A stretch of 64,000 nucleotides of DNA, from positions 8,885-72,884 of the forward strand of contig JANYDC010000015.1 of assembly GCA_025359965.1 (NCBI GenBank). Reading direction: 5' to 3'. Each line of letters starts with the position of its first letter. Position 1 is the stretch's first letter. The stretch is from Pedosphaera sp. (GTDB taxonomy: Bacteria; Verrucomicrobiota; Verrucomicrobiia; Limisphaerales; SXQI01). The notes beneath the pieces were generated by a model. The model made no database searches and was not told the origin of the DNA. It worked only from the letters and a program-made list of their open reading frames with translations. Made by a program: the position numbers and the translations under genes. Of this stretch, positions 35,971-45,662 are shown piece by piece.

Positions 35971-36322
35971 CGGTCCAGACTGCTTTCAACCCGAACGCCG
36001 AAGTAGCGCGATGATTTGGCAGGGGGGATCGCTCCCCGGTTTCAGATCATCCCGCCTCCGATGGCGACCCGGTCTTCGGGCGGAACCAACTTCGGCGATG
36101 CGCAGGTGAGCCAGTCCAACGTCGCGTCCACCAGCGGTTTGTGTTTGCCGAGTCCACCTCACGCCGCTGAGAGTTTCACCACGACGTCGCGGCCCATCAC
36201 CCCCAGGACCGCCCTGCACAGGAACACCGCCACTCGCAAAATTCCCGGCTGCCGATAGGGCGCGGCGGGCGCACGGGCCAGCGGAATGGCGTTGTTGGAA
36301 CTGGGCTCGGCGAGAAGGGCAG

Positions 36323-36568
36323 ATGTCGCCGCACCTGCCCGGCCCAGCCGCCCCGTCCCGTTTCGCTGGTATGGGTCTGCTGGTCGTGACTCTGCTCACG
36401 CTTTTCCTGCATGATTTTTGGCGCTTGGGCGGGCTCTATCGGATTGGGTCGCTCATCGGCCTAGCCGTTTTGCTCATGCTGAAATCCTTCATTTACCAAC
36501 GGTTCGTTTCCCGGCCTGGAACGAAGCAAGCTGACCGGCCTGCTTATTCCTTAACACCCGTCGACTAG
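36323..36568 (+). pseudogene. Diverged copy of the DUF2339 C-terminal two-helix hairpin (gene relic or an 81-aa small membrane ORF)
   Basis: Residues RFAGMGLLVVTLLTLFLHDFWRLGGLYRIGSLIGLAVLLMLKSFIYQRFVS (nt 36359-36511) align without gaps to RFSGMGLLVVTLLKLFLHDLWRLGGLYRIGSLIGLAVLLMLISFIYQRFLS at nt 33741-33893. There is no homology upstream. AGAAGGG lies just upstream of the ATG at 36323. Confidence 0.5.
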
Positions 36569-36728
36569 GGCCGTCCTGAATCGAGGTAACGAATCGTTAG
36601 ATCATGTTGTGTTGATCTTATATTCATACTGACGCCTTTCAGAGGTGTTGTCCCCAATTTGCGGCGTGCTTATTCATTGATTTATTTTGTAGCAGAGACC
36701 AACCTGAATTTGAAAAACAAGACGAAGC

Positions 36729-38561
36729 ATGGTAAATCCGCGATCTTTCAGGGCTCGACTTTTTTGTTTACTGCTCTTGGTGCTCGTGCCGGGGGGCTTT
36801 ATTTTAATTTTGTCCAACCTCGACAGGCAGCGGTCAGAGAAGGATCGAGTGCGAGAACAAGCTGTGAGCGTCGCCAAGTTGGCAGCCACCAGTCAGGCAT
36901 ACTACGTAAAACAGACACGTCAGTTGCTCGCCACCATGACCCAGTTTCAGTTTCTTGTTCTCGCGACCAATCTGAGTTTTTGTCAGACGGGCATGATCAA
37001 CCTAAGGCTTATATCTCCGGATTTTAGTGATTTTGGCCTGATCGAGCGCGATGGAACCGTTTTTTGTCACTCGTTGGGAACGAATCAGGCAGGTGGCGAT
37101 ATTGGTCTCGCGTTTACCAAAAGAGTGCTGGCTAAGCCCGCATTTTCCATGAGCGGGCTTCATTTGGACCGGAATGGGGAAAAGCCTTTGCTGGATTTCA
37201 TCTACCCTGTTTTTTCTTCTGGAACCAATCTGGCGAGGCTGATGTATGCGTCTTTGAAGCTGCCTCTTTTGTCGTCGGCTTTGACGGAAATTTCCCTGCC
37301 CGAGGGCGGCGTTGTCAGTGTGCTTGATGAGTTGGGCAATGTCTTGGCGCAGCATCCTGAGCCAGAGAAGTGGGTTGGTAAAAATGTTTCGTCGCAGCCT
37401 TTCGTGAAGCTGGCCCTGGCTAAAAAAGAAGGCCTTTTTGAAACCAACGGAACAGATGGCGCAAAGTATATTTATGCGTTAAGCACTGTAAGTGACGGAA
37501 GCAAACCGGTCATATTTATCCAAGTCGCCTTTCCGCAGAAGGTCTTTTTTGCTGATGCTGATGCGCATTTTGGTGCGGCCTTAATGGGCATTATCTTAAT
37601 TGCGACAGTGGTGCTTTTTTTGGCGAAGTGGTTTTCCGAGCGCGCGTTCATAAATCCCGTTCGCGCCATTTTGGAAGCAGCTGAACGTCTTACCAACGGG
37701 GATCTTTTAGCCCGGACTGGAATTTCCAACGGCACAAGCGAACTAAATCTTCTGGCACGGCAGTTTGACGTAATGGCGGAAAAATTGGCTCATCGACAGA
37801 ACCAGCTGGAGCTTGCGAACAAAGAAATCACAAAAGTGAATACGGAACTGGAGCAAAGAGTCAATGAGCGGACCACTGAGTTGAGGACCCTGAACGGAGA
37901 GTTGGAAGCGTTTAGTTACTCTGTGTCCCATGACTTAAGGGCACCTCTGCGACACATGGATGGATTTGCCCATTTGCTTGCCGAGGATGCCCAATTGACA
38001 GGAAATCCCACTGCTCAAAGATACTTGGGTCTGATTACAAAATCAGCCAAGCAGATGGGGGTGTTGATTGATGACCTGCTTTCATTTTCCAAAATGTCAC
38101 GCCAATCCATAGCCATGCAGACTGTTCAGATGTCGGCTATAGTCAGTGGTTTGGTCGAGGAGGCAAAGAGCGCGGAGGCTGGTCGCGAGATTATTTGGAC
38201 TGTGGGAAGTCTTCCGGAGGTTCAAGGAGATGAGGCGATGCTCCGGCAAGTCTGGCAGAACTTAATCTCCAACGCAGTAAAGTATACGAGAGGGAAGCAA
38301 CCTGCGCTTATCGAGATATTTGCGTATGCTGAAAAACAGGAAACAATCTTCATTGTTTCGGATAACGGCGCTGGATTTGACATGCAGTATGCCCAAAGGC
38401 TGTTTGGCGTTTTCCAACGCTTGCACCGTCAGGACGAATTTGAAGGGACTGGGATTGGGCTGGCCAATGTGCGTAGGATAGTCCAGCGACACAAGGGTAG
38501 AACCTGGGCAGAAGGGAAGCCGGGGCAGGGAGCAAAGTTTTACTTCTCGTTGCCGATTTAA
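36729..38561 (+). CDS. Sensor histidine kinase (TM, periplasmic sensor domain, TM, HAMP, HisKA, HATPase_c)
   Basis: Two TM helices flank an extracytoplasmic region of about 250 aa. HAMP (ERLTNGDLLARTGISNGTSELNLLARQFDVMAEKL), H-box FSYSVSHDLRAPLRHM, N-box NLISNAVKYT, G-boxes DNGAGFD and GTGIGLA. Confidence 0.92.
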   Translation: MVNPRSFRARLFCLLLLVLVPGGFILILSNLDRQRSEKDRVREQAVSVAKLAATSQAYYVKQTRQLLATMTQFQFLVLATNLSFCQTGMINLRLISPDFSDFGLIERDGTVFCHSLGTNQAGGDIGLAFTKRVLAKPAFSMSGLHLDRNGEKPLLDFIYPVFSSGTNLARLMYASLKLPLLSSALTEISLPEGGVVSVLDELGNVLAQHPEPEKWVGKNVSSQPFVKLALAKKEGLFETNGTDGAKYIYALSTVSDGSKPVIFIQVAFPQKVFFADADAHFGAALMGIILIATVVLFLAKWFSERAFINPVRAILEAAERLTNGDLLARTGISNGTSELNLLARQFDVMAEKLAHRQNQLELANKEITKVNTELEQRVNERTTELRTLNGELEAFSYSVSHDLRAPLRHMDGFAHLLAEDAQLTGNPTAQRYLGLITKSAKQMGVLIDDLLSFSKMSRQSIAMQTVQMSAIVSGLVEEAKSAEAGREIIWTVGSLPEVQGDEAMLRQVWQNLISNAVKYTRGKQPALIEIFAYAEKQETIFIVSDNGAGFDMQYAQRLFGVFQRLHRQDEFEGTGIGLANVRRIVQRHKGRTWAEGKPGQGAKFYFSLPI

Positions 38562-38589
38562 TGGTCAGGAAGGACAAAATAGGGATGCT

Positions 38590-39021
38590 ATGGAGATTCT
38601 GTTCGTCGAAGATAGCGAAAACGATGTGGAATTGACGCTCGGAGCCCTGCATGGGATAGGTGTCAGGGACGAGATCGTGATTGCGCGTGACGGGGCCGAG
38701 GCCCTTGACTATTTCTTCCGCCGGGGCCGGTTCGCGGATAGGGGGCCACGCGTACTAAGGTTTGTTCTCCTCGATCTGAAACTGCCAAAGCTGAACGGAT
38801 TCCAAGTGCTCAAGGCGATTAAGACCGACGAACGATTCAAGAATACTCCCGTCGTGGCCCTGACCTCTTCGCGTGAATCGAGCGATCTTGCTGAAGCATA
38901 CCGGCTGGGCTTGAACGGCTACGTGGTTAAACCCATTAGCTTTAAGGATTTTGTATACTCGGTGGGGCAGATGGGGCGTTTCTGGGGTTTTGTGAACGAG
39001 ACGGAAAGTGTGGCCAGCTAA
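38590..39021 (+). CDS. Single-domain response regulator (CheY/Rcp1-like receiver)
   Basis: ILFVEDSENDVEL, phospho-acceptor context VLLDLKLPKLNG, VVALTSS, GYVVKP. No output domain. Confidence 0.93.
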   Translation: MEILFVEDSENDVELTLGALHGIGVRDEIVIARDGAEALDYFFRRGRFADRGPRVLRFVLLDLKLPKLNGFQVLKAIKTDERFKNTPVVALTSSRESSDLAEAYRLGLNGYVVKPISFKDFVYSVGQMGRFWGFVNETESVAS

Positions 39022-39025
39022 TTCT

Positions 39026-40897
39026 ATGAAAGTGCTAAATATTTTGCTGCTTGAGGACAACACCATGGATGCCGAGTTGGTTAAGGCCGTCTTGGAGGGT
39101 GGAGGTTTCGAGCTCAACATGGTGCGAGTCGATTGTGAAAAGGATTTCCGTTTGGGTCTCAGGGAAATCAAGCCTGACATCATCATCTCTGATTTTTCAC
39201 TGCCGTTGTATAACGGAAAGCATGCATTGAAGGTCGCCCAGGATATCAGCCCTCGCACGCCTTTCATTTTTTACTCAGGCACCATTGGGGAGGAAATCGC
39301 GATAGACGCGCTACGGGAAGGAGCCACAGATTACGTGTTGAAGCAGAAACCCCGGCGGCTCGTGTCGGCTGTCAAGCGGGCGCTGGACGAGACGCAATTG
39401 AAGGAGACGCAGGCCAAGGCTGAGCAGAAAATTAAGGCCCAGGCCCAACTATTGGACCTGGCGAGGGATGCGATTGTCGCGTGTGACATGGAGACTCGCG
39501 TGGTTTATTGGAACCATGGAGCAGAGCAACTCTACGGTTATTCGCGCAAGGACGCCGAAGGGGAAAAAATAGAGGACCTGATCCATTTAAAGCTTTCCAC
39601 ATCATTTGAGGATGCCAGACAAGGCACCTTGGAAGCCGGTTACTGGGAGGGTGATATGGATCACAGGACCAAGGACAATCGAACGATTCTCGTTACGAGT
39701 CACTGGACTCTGGTTACAGGAGCTGGAGGGCTTCCAGAGCGCATTCTGACTATTAACACTGACATCACCGAAAAGAAGCAGTTGGAAAAGCAATTCCTGC
39801 GGGCGCAGCGTCAGGAAAGTATTGGCACATTGGCGGGCGGCATCGCACACGACCTGAACAATATTCTCGCCCCTATTTTCATGGCCAGCGAGTTGCTCCA
39901 GAATGAACCTTTGCGGCCTTCTGCACTGGAACTCCTCATCATGATCCAACGCAGCGCGCAGCGGGGAGCCGACATGGTCAAACAGGTCCTGATGTTCGTG
40001 CGCGGAAGCGAAAGCAAGCGGGCTGCGCTGGTCGTGAGCTCGCTACTTGTGGATATTTGTAAGGTCGCCCGCGAAACTTTTCCTAAAAATATAGAGGTGA
40101 AGTGCGTTGTGGATCCAGAGCTGGGGCCAGTCCGCGCCGACGCCACGCAAATCACTCAAGTTCTCATGAATCTGTGTGTAAATGCGCGTGATGCCATGCC
40201 GAGTGGTGGAACGCTTGGTGTGTCGGCGGTGAATTCCTCAACTGTGGCAGGTCCGTGCGTTCTGATTCAGGTCAGTGATACCGGCATGGGTATTGCCCCT
40301 GAAATTTTGGATAAAATCTTTGATCCATTCTTTACCACCAAGCCTGTCGGCGCAGGCACAGGGCTGGGTCTTTCGACCGTTCATGGAATTGTTAAGAATC
40401 ACAAAGGCACAATCAAAGTTGATAGTACTCAGGGTGTTGGAACTTCGTTTCAGATTTCACTGCCGGTTGACAGGAAATCCGGTCCGACGGAGCCATTGAA
40501 TCCGCCCCCCCCACCGCCAAGAGGCATGGGAGAATTAATCATGATCGTTGATGACGAGGCCGATATCCGGAATACGGTGGAAAAAGCGTTGGTCAGCCAT
40601 GGATATGAAGTGCTGGTTGCCGAAGGCGGCAAGTCGGCTTTGAGTCAATTTATTGCGAAAAAAAATTCGATCAAACTGGTGATCACCGATTTGATGATGC
40701 CAGAAGTGGATGGTTCCTCTCTGGCCCGCACTTTGTTGGCCATAGACCCGAAGCTGAAGCTCATTATGACGAGCGGCTTGGCCGAAGCATCTTCCTTTGG
40801 CAGAGCTGATCAGTTTCTGGAGAAGCCATTTTCAGCGGACACGCTGCTGCGAGCTGTCCATGACGTCTTGTCCAAATCTTCCAAACCCTCCCCGTAA
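39026..40897 (+). CDS. Hybrid histidine kinase (REC, PAS, HisKA, HATPase_c, REC)
   Basis: N-terminal receiver ([13 protein letters not shown]...IISDFSLP), a PAS-like region, H-box [12 protein letters not shown]-boxes DTGMGI and GTGLGLS, and a C-terminal receiver ([10 protein letters not shown]...[12 protein letters not shown]). ATG chosen at 39026. Confidence 0.92.
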   Translation: MKVLNILLLEDNTMDAELVKAVLEGGGFELNMVRVDCEKDFRLGLREIKPDIIISDFSLPLYNGKHALKVAQDISPRTPFIFYSGTIGEEIAIDALREGATDYVLKQKPRRLVSAVKRALDETQLKETQAKAEQKIKAQAQLLDLARDAIVACDMETRVVYWNHGAEQLYGYSRKDAEGEKIEDLIHLKLSTSFEDARQGTLEAGYWEGDMDHRTKDNRTILVTSHWTLVTGAGGLPERILTINTDITEKKQLEKQFLRAQRQESIGTLAGGIAHDLNNILAPIFMASELLQNEPLRPSALELLIMIQRSAQRGADMVKQVLMFVRGSESKRAALVVSSLLVDICKVARETFPKNIEVKCVVDPELGPVRADATQITQVLMNLCVNARDAMPSGGTLGVSAVNSSTVAGPCVLIQVSDTGMGIAPEILDKIFDPFFTTKPVGAGTGLGLSTVHGIVKNHKGTIKVDSTQGVGTSFQISLPVDRKSGPTEPLNPPPPPPRGMGELIMIVDDEADIRNTVEKALVSHGYEVLVAEGGKSALSQFIAKKNSIKLVITDLMMPEVDGSSLARTLLAIDPKLKLIMTSGLAEASSFGRADQFLEKPFSADTLLRAVHDVLSKSSKPSP

Positions 40898-40918
40898 AAA
40901 TTTTCTATACCGCTGAGA

Positions 40919-41818
40919 TTAACTTGCCAGCCGCGATTGGAAACTCGCGGGCAGAGGCGGGATGGCTCCGGCTTGGGAGCAGACGTGGCAGGCGACTTCG
41001 CTGGCGAGGGCATTGATGGCAGTGATATCCATTTTATGGAGGAGTCCTAGCACTAAAGCTGCGGTGAACGCGTCGCCTGCGCCGACGGTGTCAACCACAT
41101 CCACTGGAGTTGAAGGCCGGTCAGACCATTGTCCTGAATGATAGAGCAGGCTGCCCTCCGCGCCTCTCGTCAATGCAACCGTTTGCAGTTCAAATTGCTC
41201 CGCTACCTTTTGGATTTGGTCGCGGATTGAACCTGTGTGATTGAACATTTGGGCGATGATCGGTAATTCCACGTCGTTCAATTTCAAAACATTCGTCAGC
41301 TTTAGCGATGATTCGATGATCGCTTTTGAGAAATAATGCTGACGCAGGTTGACGTCAAAAATCCGCAACGCATGGGGAGGAGTGGAAGCCAACAGCTTCT
41401 GCACGGAGTTTCTCGATGTTTCTCCACGTTGAGCCAGGGTTCCAAAGCAAACCGCGTCTGCCGCGCGAACCGCATCCAAGGCTAAGGCGGTCACTTCAAG
41501 CCGATCCCATGCCACGTTGTCAGGGAAAGTGTAGCGGGCCGTTTTATCCTCCAACAGCTCGACGATCACTGTGCCTGTCGGCGCGAGGTCATCCTTTTGT
41601 ACGGCGGCGGCGGAGAGCCCCATTTGAGTAAAGCGATGAACAACCTCGCGACCCAAGGCATCATCGCCAATCCGGGTGATCACACCGGTTTCGGCTCCGA
41701 GCGAATGAGCGTGGCATGCGAAGTTTGCAGGCGCGCCACCGAGTTGTGCACCGGAGGGAAGCAAATCCCACAGTGCTTCGCCGATGCCTATGATTTTAAA
41801 GCTCATGGGTTGGATCAC
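40919..41818 (-). CDS. PfkB-family sugar kinase (fructokinase-like)
   Basis: IGEALWDLLPSGAQLGGAPANFA N-terminal motif and the C-terminal DTVGAGDAFTAAL motif. 4-nt overlap with the upstream sugar porter gene. Confidence 0.85.
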   Translation of the reverse strand: MIQPMSFKIIGIGEALWDLLPSGAQLGGAPANFACHAHSLGAETGVITRIGDDALGREVVHRFTQMGLSAAAVQKDDLAPTGTVIVELLEDKTARYTFPDNVAWDRLEVTALALDAVRAADAVCFGTLAQRGETSRNSVQKLLASTPPHALRIFDVNLRQHYFSKAIIESSLKLTNVLKLNDVELPIIAQMFNHTGSIRDQIQKVAEQFELQTVALTRGAEGSLLYHSGQWSDRPSTPVDVVDTVGAGDAFTAALVLGLLHKMDITAINALASEVACHVCSQAGAIPPLPASFQSRLAS

Positions 41819-43215
41819 TCAATTCCCAGGCGTTTTTGGATTTCTTCCAGCGGCACGCCTTTGGTTTCCATGACCATGAATTTCACCCAGACCAGTTGCA
41901 GCACCATCATGCCACAGAAGAACAGAAAGACGTAACCAGGCGCGAAGGCGGACACCATTTGTGGGAAAAATGTGGTAAGCAAAGCCGCGAATATCCAATG
42001 GGTAAAACTTCCCAACGCCTGCCCCTCGGCGCGATGACGGTTGGGGAAGATTTCCGAAATAAACACCCAGATGACCGCGCCCTGGCCTATGGCGTGTGCT
42101 GCGATGAAAGCAAAGATGCACACGGGAACGATACTAAAATGCCCTGTGAAAAATGCCCAGGCCACCAGCCCGAGTGAGATGATGTAACCGAAGGAGCCGA
42201 TCAGCAACAAGGTGCGACGGCCCAGCCTATCGATCAGCCACAGTCCGATGAAGGTGAAGAGGAGATTGGTCACGCCGATACCGACCGATTGCAAAAGCGC
42301 TGCTCTCTCGCCCAGACCGGTCATTTCAAAAATGCGCGGCGCAAAATAGAGCACGGCGTTAATGCCGGACAGTTGGTTGAAAAAAGCGATGAGTATCGAA
42401 AGCGTGATCGGAACGCGCAGCCGTCGCGTCCAAAAATGCGAAGGGGTGGAGCGTTCGGATGATGAAACAACCATCGAATCGGCCTCTGCCTCGATCTGGG
42501 CCTGTGGTGCATCCGGTTCGATCAGCCGCAGCACTTTTACCCCGGCGGCTCTGTCGCCTTTACGCGCGATCAACCAGCGTGGGCTTTCCGGGATGCCAAA
42601 GCACAGCACTGTGTAGAGGACTGACGGAATGGCCGCAATACCCAGCATCCAACGCCAGGCGTTTTCACCAGTTCCCGAAAGCAGCGCGTTGGAAAGGAAA
42701 GCGATGACGATGCCGAAAACTATGTTGAATTGGAACATTCCCGCCAATCGCCCTCGATGGCTGGCGGGGGCAATCTCCGAGATATACAACGGTGCTGCCA
42801 CTGTTGAAATGCCGATGCCTATCCCGCCGATGACGCGTGCGCCGATGAACATGCCGACCCCGTTTGCAAAACCGCAGCCCAGCGCCGAGATTACGTAGAG
42901 CACCCCGATCCAGAGCAGGGTGGCGCGGCGTCCAAAGCGATCAGTCGGCCAGCCCCCGAGCAAGGAGCCAAGTACCGTCCCGTAAAGTGCCGAAGCCATA
43001 GCGAGTCCGTGTATGGCCGGGCTTAAACTCCAAAGCGTCTGGATTTTCTGTTCCGCGCCGGAGATCACCACGGTATCAAACCCAAACAGAAAGCCTGCCA
43101 GAGCCGAAGTAATGGCCCAAAAAAAGATGCGCCCATTAACGGATCGACCGGGATTTGCACCAGATCCTTGGCTAAAAGCTGGATTTGGCTCAGCACTGAT
43201 AGGGTTCATACGCAA
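41815..43215 (-). CDS. MFS sugar porter (sugar:H+ symporter family)
   Basis: GFLFGFDTVVISGA, GRRATLL, PESPRWL, PETKGVPLEEI. All are classic sugar-porter signatures. Confidence 0.9.
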   Translation of the reverse strand: MRMNPISAEPNPAFSQGSGANPGRSVNGRIFFWAITSALAGFLFGFDTVVISGAEQKIQTLWSLSPAIHGLAMASALYGTVLGSLLGGWPTDRFGRRATLLWIGVLYVISALGCGFANGVGMFIGARVIGGIGIGISTVAAPLYISEIAPASHRGRLAGMFQFNIVFGIVIAFLSNALLSGTGENAWRWMLGIAAIPSVLYTVLCFGIPESPRWLIARKGDRAAGVKVLRLIEPDAPQAQIEAEADSMVVSSSERSTPSHFWTRRLRVPITLSILIAFFNQLSGINAVLYFAPRIFEMTGLGERAALLQSVGIGVTNLLFTFIGLWLIDRLGRRTLLLIGSFGYIISLGLVAWAFFTGHFSIVPVCIFAFIAAHAIGQGAVIWVFISEIFPNRHRAEGQALGSFTHWIFAALLTTFFPQMVSAFAPGYVFLFFCGMMVLQLVWVKFMVMETKGVPLEEIQKRLGIE

Positions 43216-43400
43216 TGGATTACCTGCTCACGCGACGAAAAACAACCTTTGGTTCCAATTTGAGCAAATCCAAAGGCCTTTTTTCTCAATCAGCTGATCC
43301 ACACCGGCAGCAGATGCTGATGTTCCCTTTCTGCTTACGTCAAACCAAGGGAAACCTTTGTCTGGGGTTGGTTTATATGTCAGAGTCGGAGCGAAGCTGT

Positions 43401-44684
43401 ATGCCGGAATTTTCGTACAAAGCGCGCAAGCGTTCGGGTGAAGTAGTCGAGGGTTCCCTCGACGTGCAGGATCGTGCGGCCGCCCTGTTGCAGATCGATA
43501 AGCTGGGGCTGCTGCCGGTGGCGGTGACCGCAGCCAAAGCTGGCTCCGTGGTTCGCCCTGTGGGGGAGCGTGCGCCAAAAGTCAGTTGGACCGCTTCGCT
43601 CCCGCCCGGAATGCGCGATTACCTCACGCGTCAGAAGCCGCCCAAACTTCAAGAGTTGGCCACTTACACGCAACAGTTCTCCAATTTGCTTCGTTCCGGA
43701 ATGCCCCTGACAGTTGCTCTCAACAGCATGACGCATTTGGGGTCAAAAGGCATTAGCTCGGATGTGAGCCGACAGTTGAAGCAGGATGTGATGGAAGGCC
43801 GCAGTTTATCGGATGCGATGGCCAAACAACCGATCATTTTTTCCAACCTGTACATCAACATGGTGCGCGCGGGGGAACAATCGGGCGCATTGCAGGAAGT
43901 ACTGGTGCGTTTAGCCACGCATTTTGAACGTTTTGCCGAGGTGCAGCAGAAGTTTGTTTCGGCTCTGATTTATCCTGCCATCGTGGCGACTGTCGGTGTG
44001 GCCATTGTCATTTTCTTCATGACGTTCATGATGCCAAAATTCATGTCCATCTTCGACGGCATGAAAGTAGAGCTGCCCCCATCGACCAAATTCCTGATGG
44101 GCATGAGTAATTTTTTCAGCCATTTCTGGTGGCTCCCGCCTTTGGTGGTCTTGGCCATTGTCATTATTTTTAAACGATTTCAATCGACGACCTCAGGCCG
44201 GATGCAGATCGATACCTGGAAAATTAAGGCGCCTGTGATTGGCAAAGTGATGAGGCTGAATTTGTTTGGCCAGTTTGCCCGCACCCTTGGCACCCTGCTG
44301 AGAAATGGCGTGCCCGTTTTGACGGCTCTTAAGATCACCGAACAAATTCTCCCTAACGTGGTGATCAAGGACGCTATTGCCAAAACACGCGAAGCGGTGA
44401 CAGACGGCAAGACGATTGCCGACCCGCTGGCTCGCATTAGAATCTTTCCTCAGCTCATGATCGATTTGCTCAAGATCGGCGAGGATACGGGTGATGTGCC
44501 GGGCTCTTTGGAAAACATAGCCAACACTTACGAGAACGAGCTCACCATTTCGTTGCGCGTTCTGACCAATCTGATTGAACCGTTGATGATCATAGTGATG
44601 GCCATAGGCATCGGCTTTTTGTTGTTGAGCATCCTGTCCGCCATGTTTGCCATCACCTCAAATATCGGCACATCCTTCCGATGA
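43401..44684 (+). CDS. gspF: Type II secretion / type IV pilus platform protein (GspF/PilC family)
   Basis: Two T2SSF repeats (...SNLYINMVRAGEQSGALQEVL... and ...FPQLMIDLLKIGEDTGDVPGSLENIA...) and three TM helices. The ATG at 43401 gives MPEFSYKARKRSGEVVEG, a typical N-terminus. The ORF-track start at 43215 is an extension. Confidence 0.9.
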   Translation: MPEFSYKARKRSGEVVEGSLDVQDRAAALLQIDKLGLLPVAVTAAKAGSVVRPVGERAPKVSWTASLPPGMRDYLTRQKPPKLQELATYTQQFSNLLRSGMPLTVALNSMTHLGSKGISSDVSRQLKQDVMEGRSLSDAMAKQPIIFSNLYINMVRAGEQSGALQEVLVRLATHFERFAEVQQKFVSALIYPAIVATVGVAIVIFFMTFMMPKFMSIFDGMKVELPPSTKFLMGMSNFFSHFWWLPPLVVLAIVIIFKRFQSTTSGRMQIDTWKIKAPVIGKVMRLNLFGQFARTLGTLLRNGVPVLTALKITEQILPNVVIKDAIAKTREAVTDGKTIADPLARIRIFPQLMIDLLKIGEDTGDVPGSLENIANTYENELTISLRVLTNLIEPLMIIVMAIGIGFLLLSILSAMFAITSNIGTSFR

Positions 44685-45238
44685 GAATCCGTACCGCCAA
44701 AATACGGACGTCCCACGCCTTCACGCTGATCGAGATCATGATCGTGGTCGCGATCATTGCGATCGTGATGACGGCAGGGATACCCACCATGTGGCGGGCC
44801 ATTTCACGCGATGATCAGGCGCGTGCTGTTCATGATTTAATCGAGGGTGCAAAATCTGCGCGAGATCATGCGATTATTACCGGCAAACCGTACGATTTGG
44901 TAATTATTGCCGATACCCGCACCATCAATGTTGAGCCTTCAACCAAACCGGGTGCGGCGACGGCAGCGTCGCTGGTTTCCACGGATAAAGGTTCCGGCAG
45001 CACCATCACTGATTTCCCGCGCTCTCTGGGGCAGGAAGTCAAACTGACGGATTTGTTCGTCAACAATGTTGAGTTTGAGTCAAACGACGAGGACCCCGAT
45101 CTGCGGGTTCGGTTTTTCCCCAATGGGACTTGCGACGAATTTATGGTGGTGCTGAAAAAGCCCAATGATACCGGTGAAAGATTTCTGGGTACTGACCTCG
45201 TCACCGGACGTTTGGAGGAGGGAGTCATTAAGAAATGA
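44681..45238 (+). CDS. Minor pseudopilin, GspH/FimT-like
   Basis: Prepilin-type N-terminus ...SHAFTLIEIMIVVAIIAIVMTAG (Ala, not Gly, at -1). The helix ARAVHDLIEGAKSARDHAIITGKPYDL is GspH-like. ATGA overlap with gspF. Confidence 0.68.
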   Translation: MRIRTAKIRTSHAFTLIEIMIVVAIIAIVMTAGIPTMWRAISRDDQARAVHDLIEGAKSARDHAIITGKPYDLVIIADTRTINVEPSTKPGAATAASLVSTDKGSGSTITDFPRSLGQEVKLTDLFVNNVEFESNDEDPDLRVRFFPNGTCDEFMVVLKKPNDTGERFLGTDLVTGRLEEGVIKK

Positions 45239-45660
45239 GAATTTCCCCCCATCCGCAGTTGATCCATTCACGAGCCTTTACTCTGCTTGAGGTCATGGTG
45301 GCAGTGGGTCTCTTTTTCATGGCGACCTTTGCCATATTGAATTTGGTGTCGTCCACTTTGCGTGGGGCGCGTTCCTTGGAGGCATTTGATTTGGATGCCA
45401 GCAGCGTTATTGCCGAGCTGTCGCTGACCAACCGTCTTGAGGAGGGCGAAATTCCGGCTGAGATCATTCAGCATTTCTCCGAATTGCACCCTAATTCCAT
45501 TTGTGGAGGAACTATTGAAGAGGTGCAGACCAACGGACTTTTTAAGGTAACCGTTCTGGTTGGAGGGGTCACACCGGATGGGCGAAAAATACAGTCATCC
45601 AGCGAAGTTCTGCTTTTCCGGCAATCAGCCGTGCCGCGTGGGTTTGGAGGCCGGCGTTAA
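45235..45660 (+). CDS. Minor pseudopilin, GspI-like
   Basis: N-terminus SRAFTLLEVMVAVGLFFMATFAIL. Size of 141 aa and position after the H-like gene. ATGA overlap. Confidence 0.62.
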   Translation: MRISPHPQLIHSRAFTLLEVMVAVGLFFMATFAILNLVSSTLRGARSLEAFDLDASSVIAELSLTNRLEEGEIPAEIIQHFSELHPNSICGGTIEEVQTNGLFKVTVLVGGVTPDGRKIQSSSEVLLFRQSAVPRGFGGRR

Positions 45661-45662
45661 TC

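Noticed and set aside
35986-36412. Minus-strand ORFs of 137 aa and 71 aa, and a plus-strand ORF of 80 aa, in the spacer after the DUF3999-like gene.
   Set aside because: They overlap one another, are extremely Arg/Gly/Pro-rich, and have no start context or family resemblance. They are more consistent with a decayed GC-rich region than with genes.
43270-43300. The palindromic AAAGGCCTTT followed by a T-run in the gspF upstream region, as a possible terminator or operator.
   Set aside because: It is a loop-less 10-mer palindrome that cannot form a stable hairpin. It lies in a divergent promoter region where no terminator is expected.
43215-43400. N-terminal extensions offered by the ORF track. 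Examples are gspF from 43215, the ABC ATPase from 4941, the esterase from 24888, the permease from 60598, the BatA-like protein from 48585 and tsf from 2818.
   Set aside because: The extensions overlap neighbouring genes or promoters and have non-protein-like composition. Internal ATG codons give N-termini that match the family norms.
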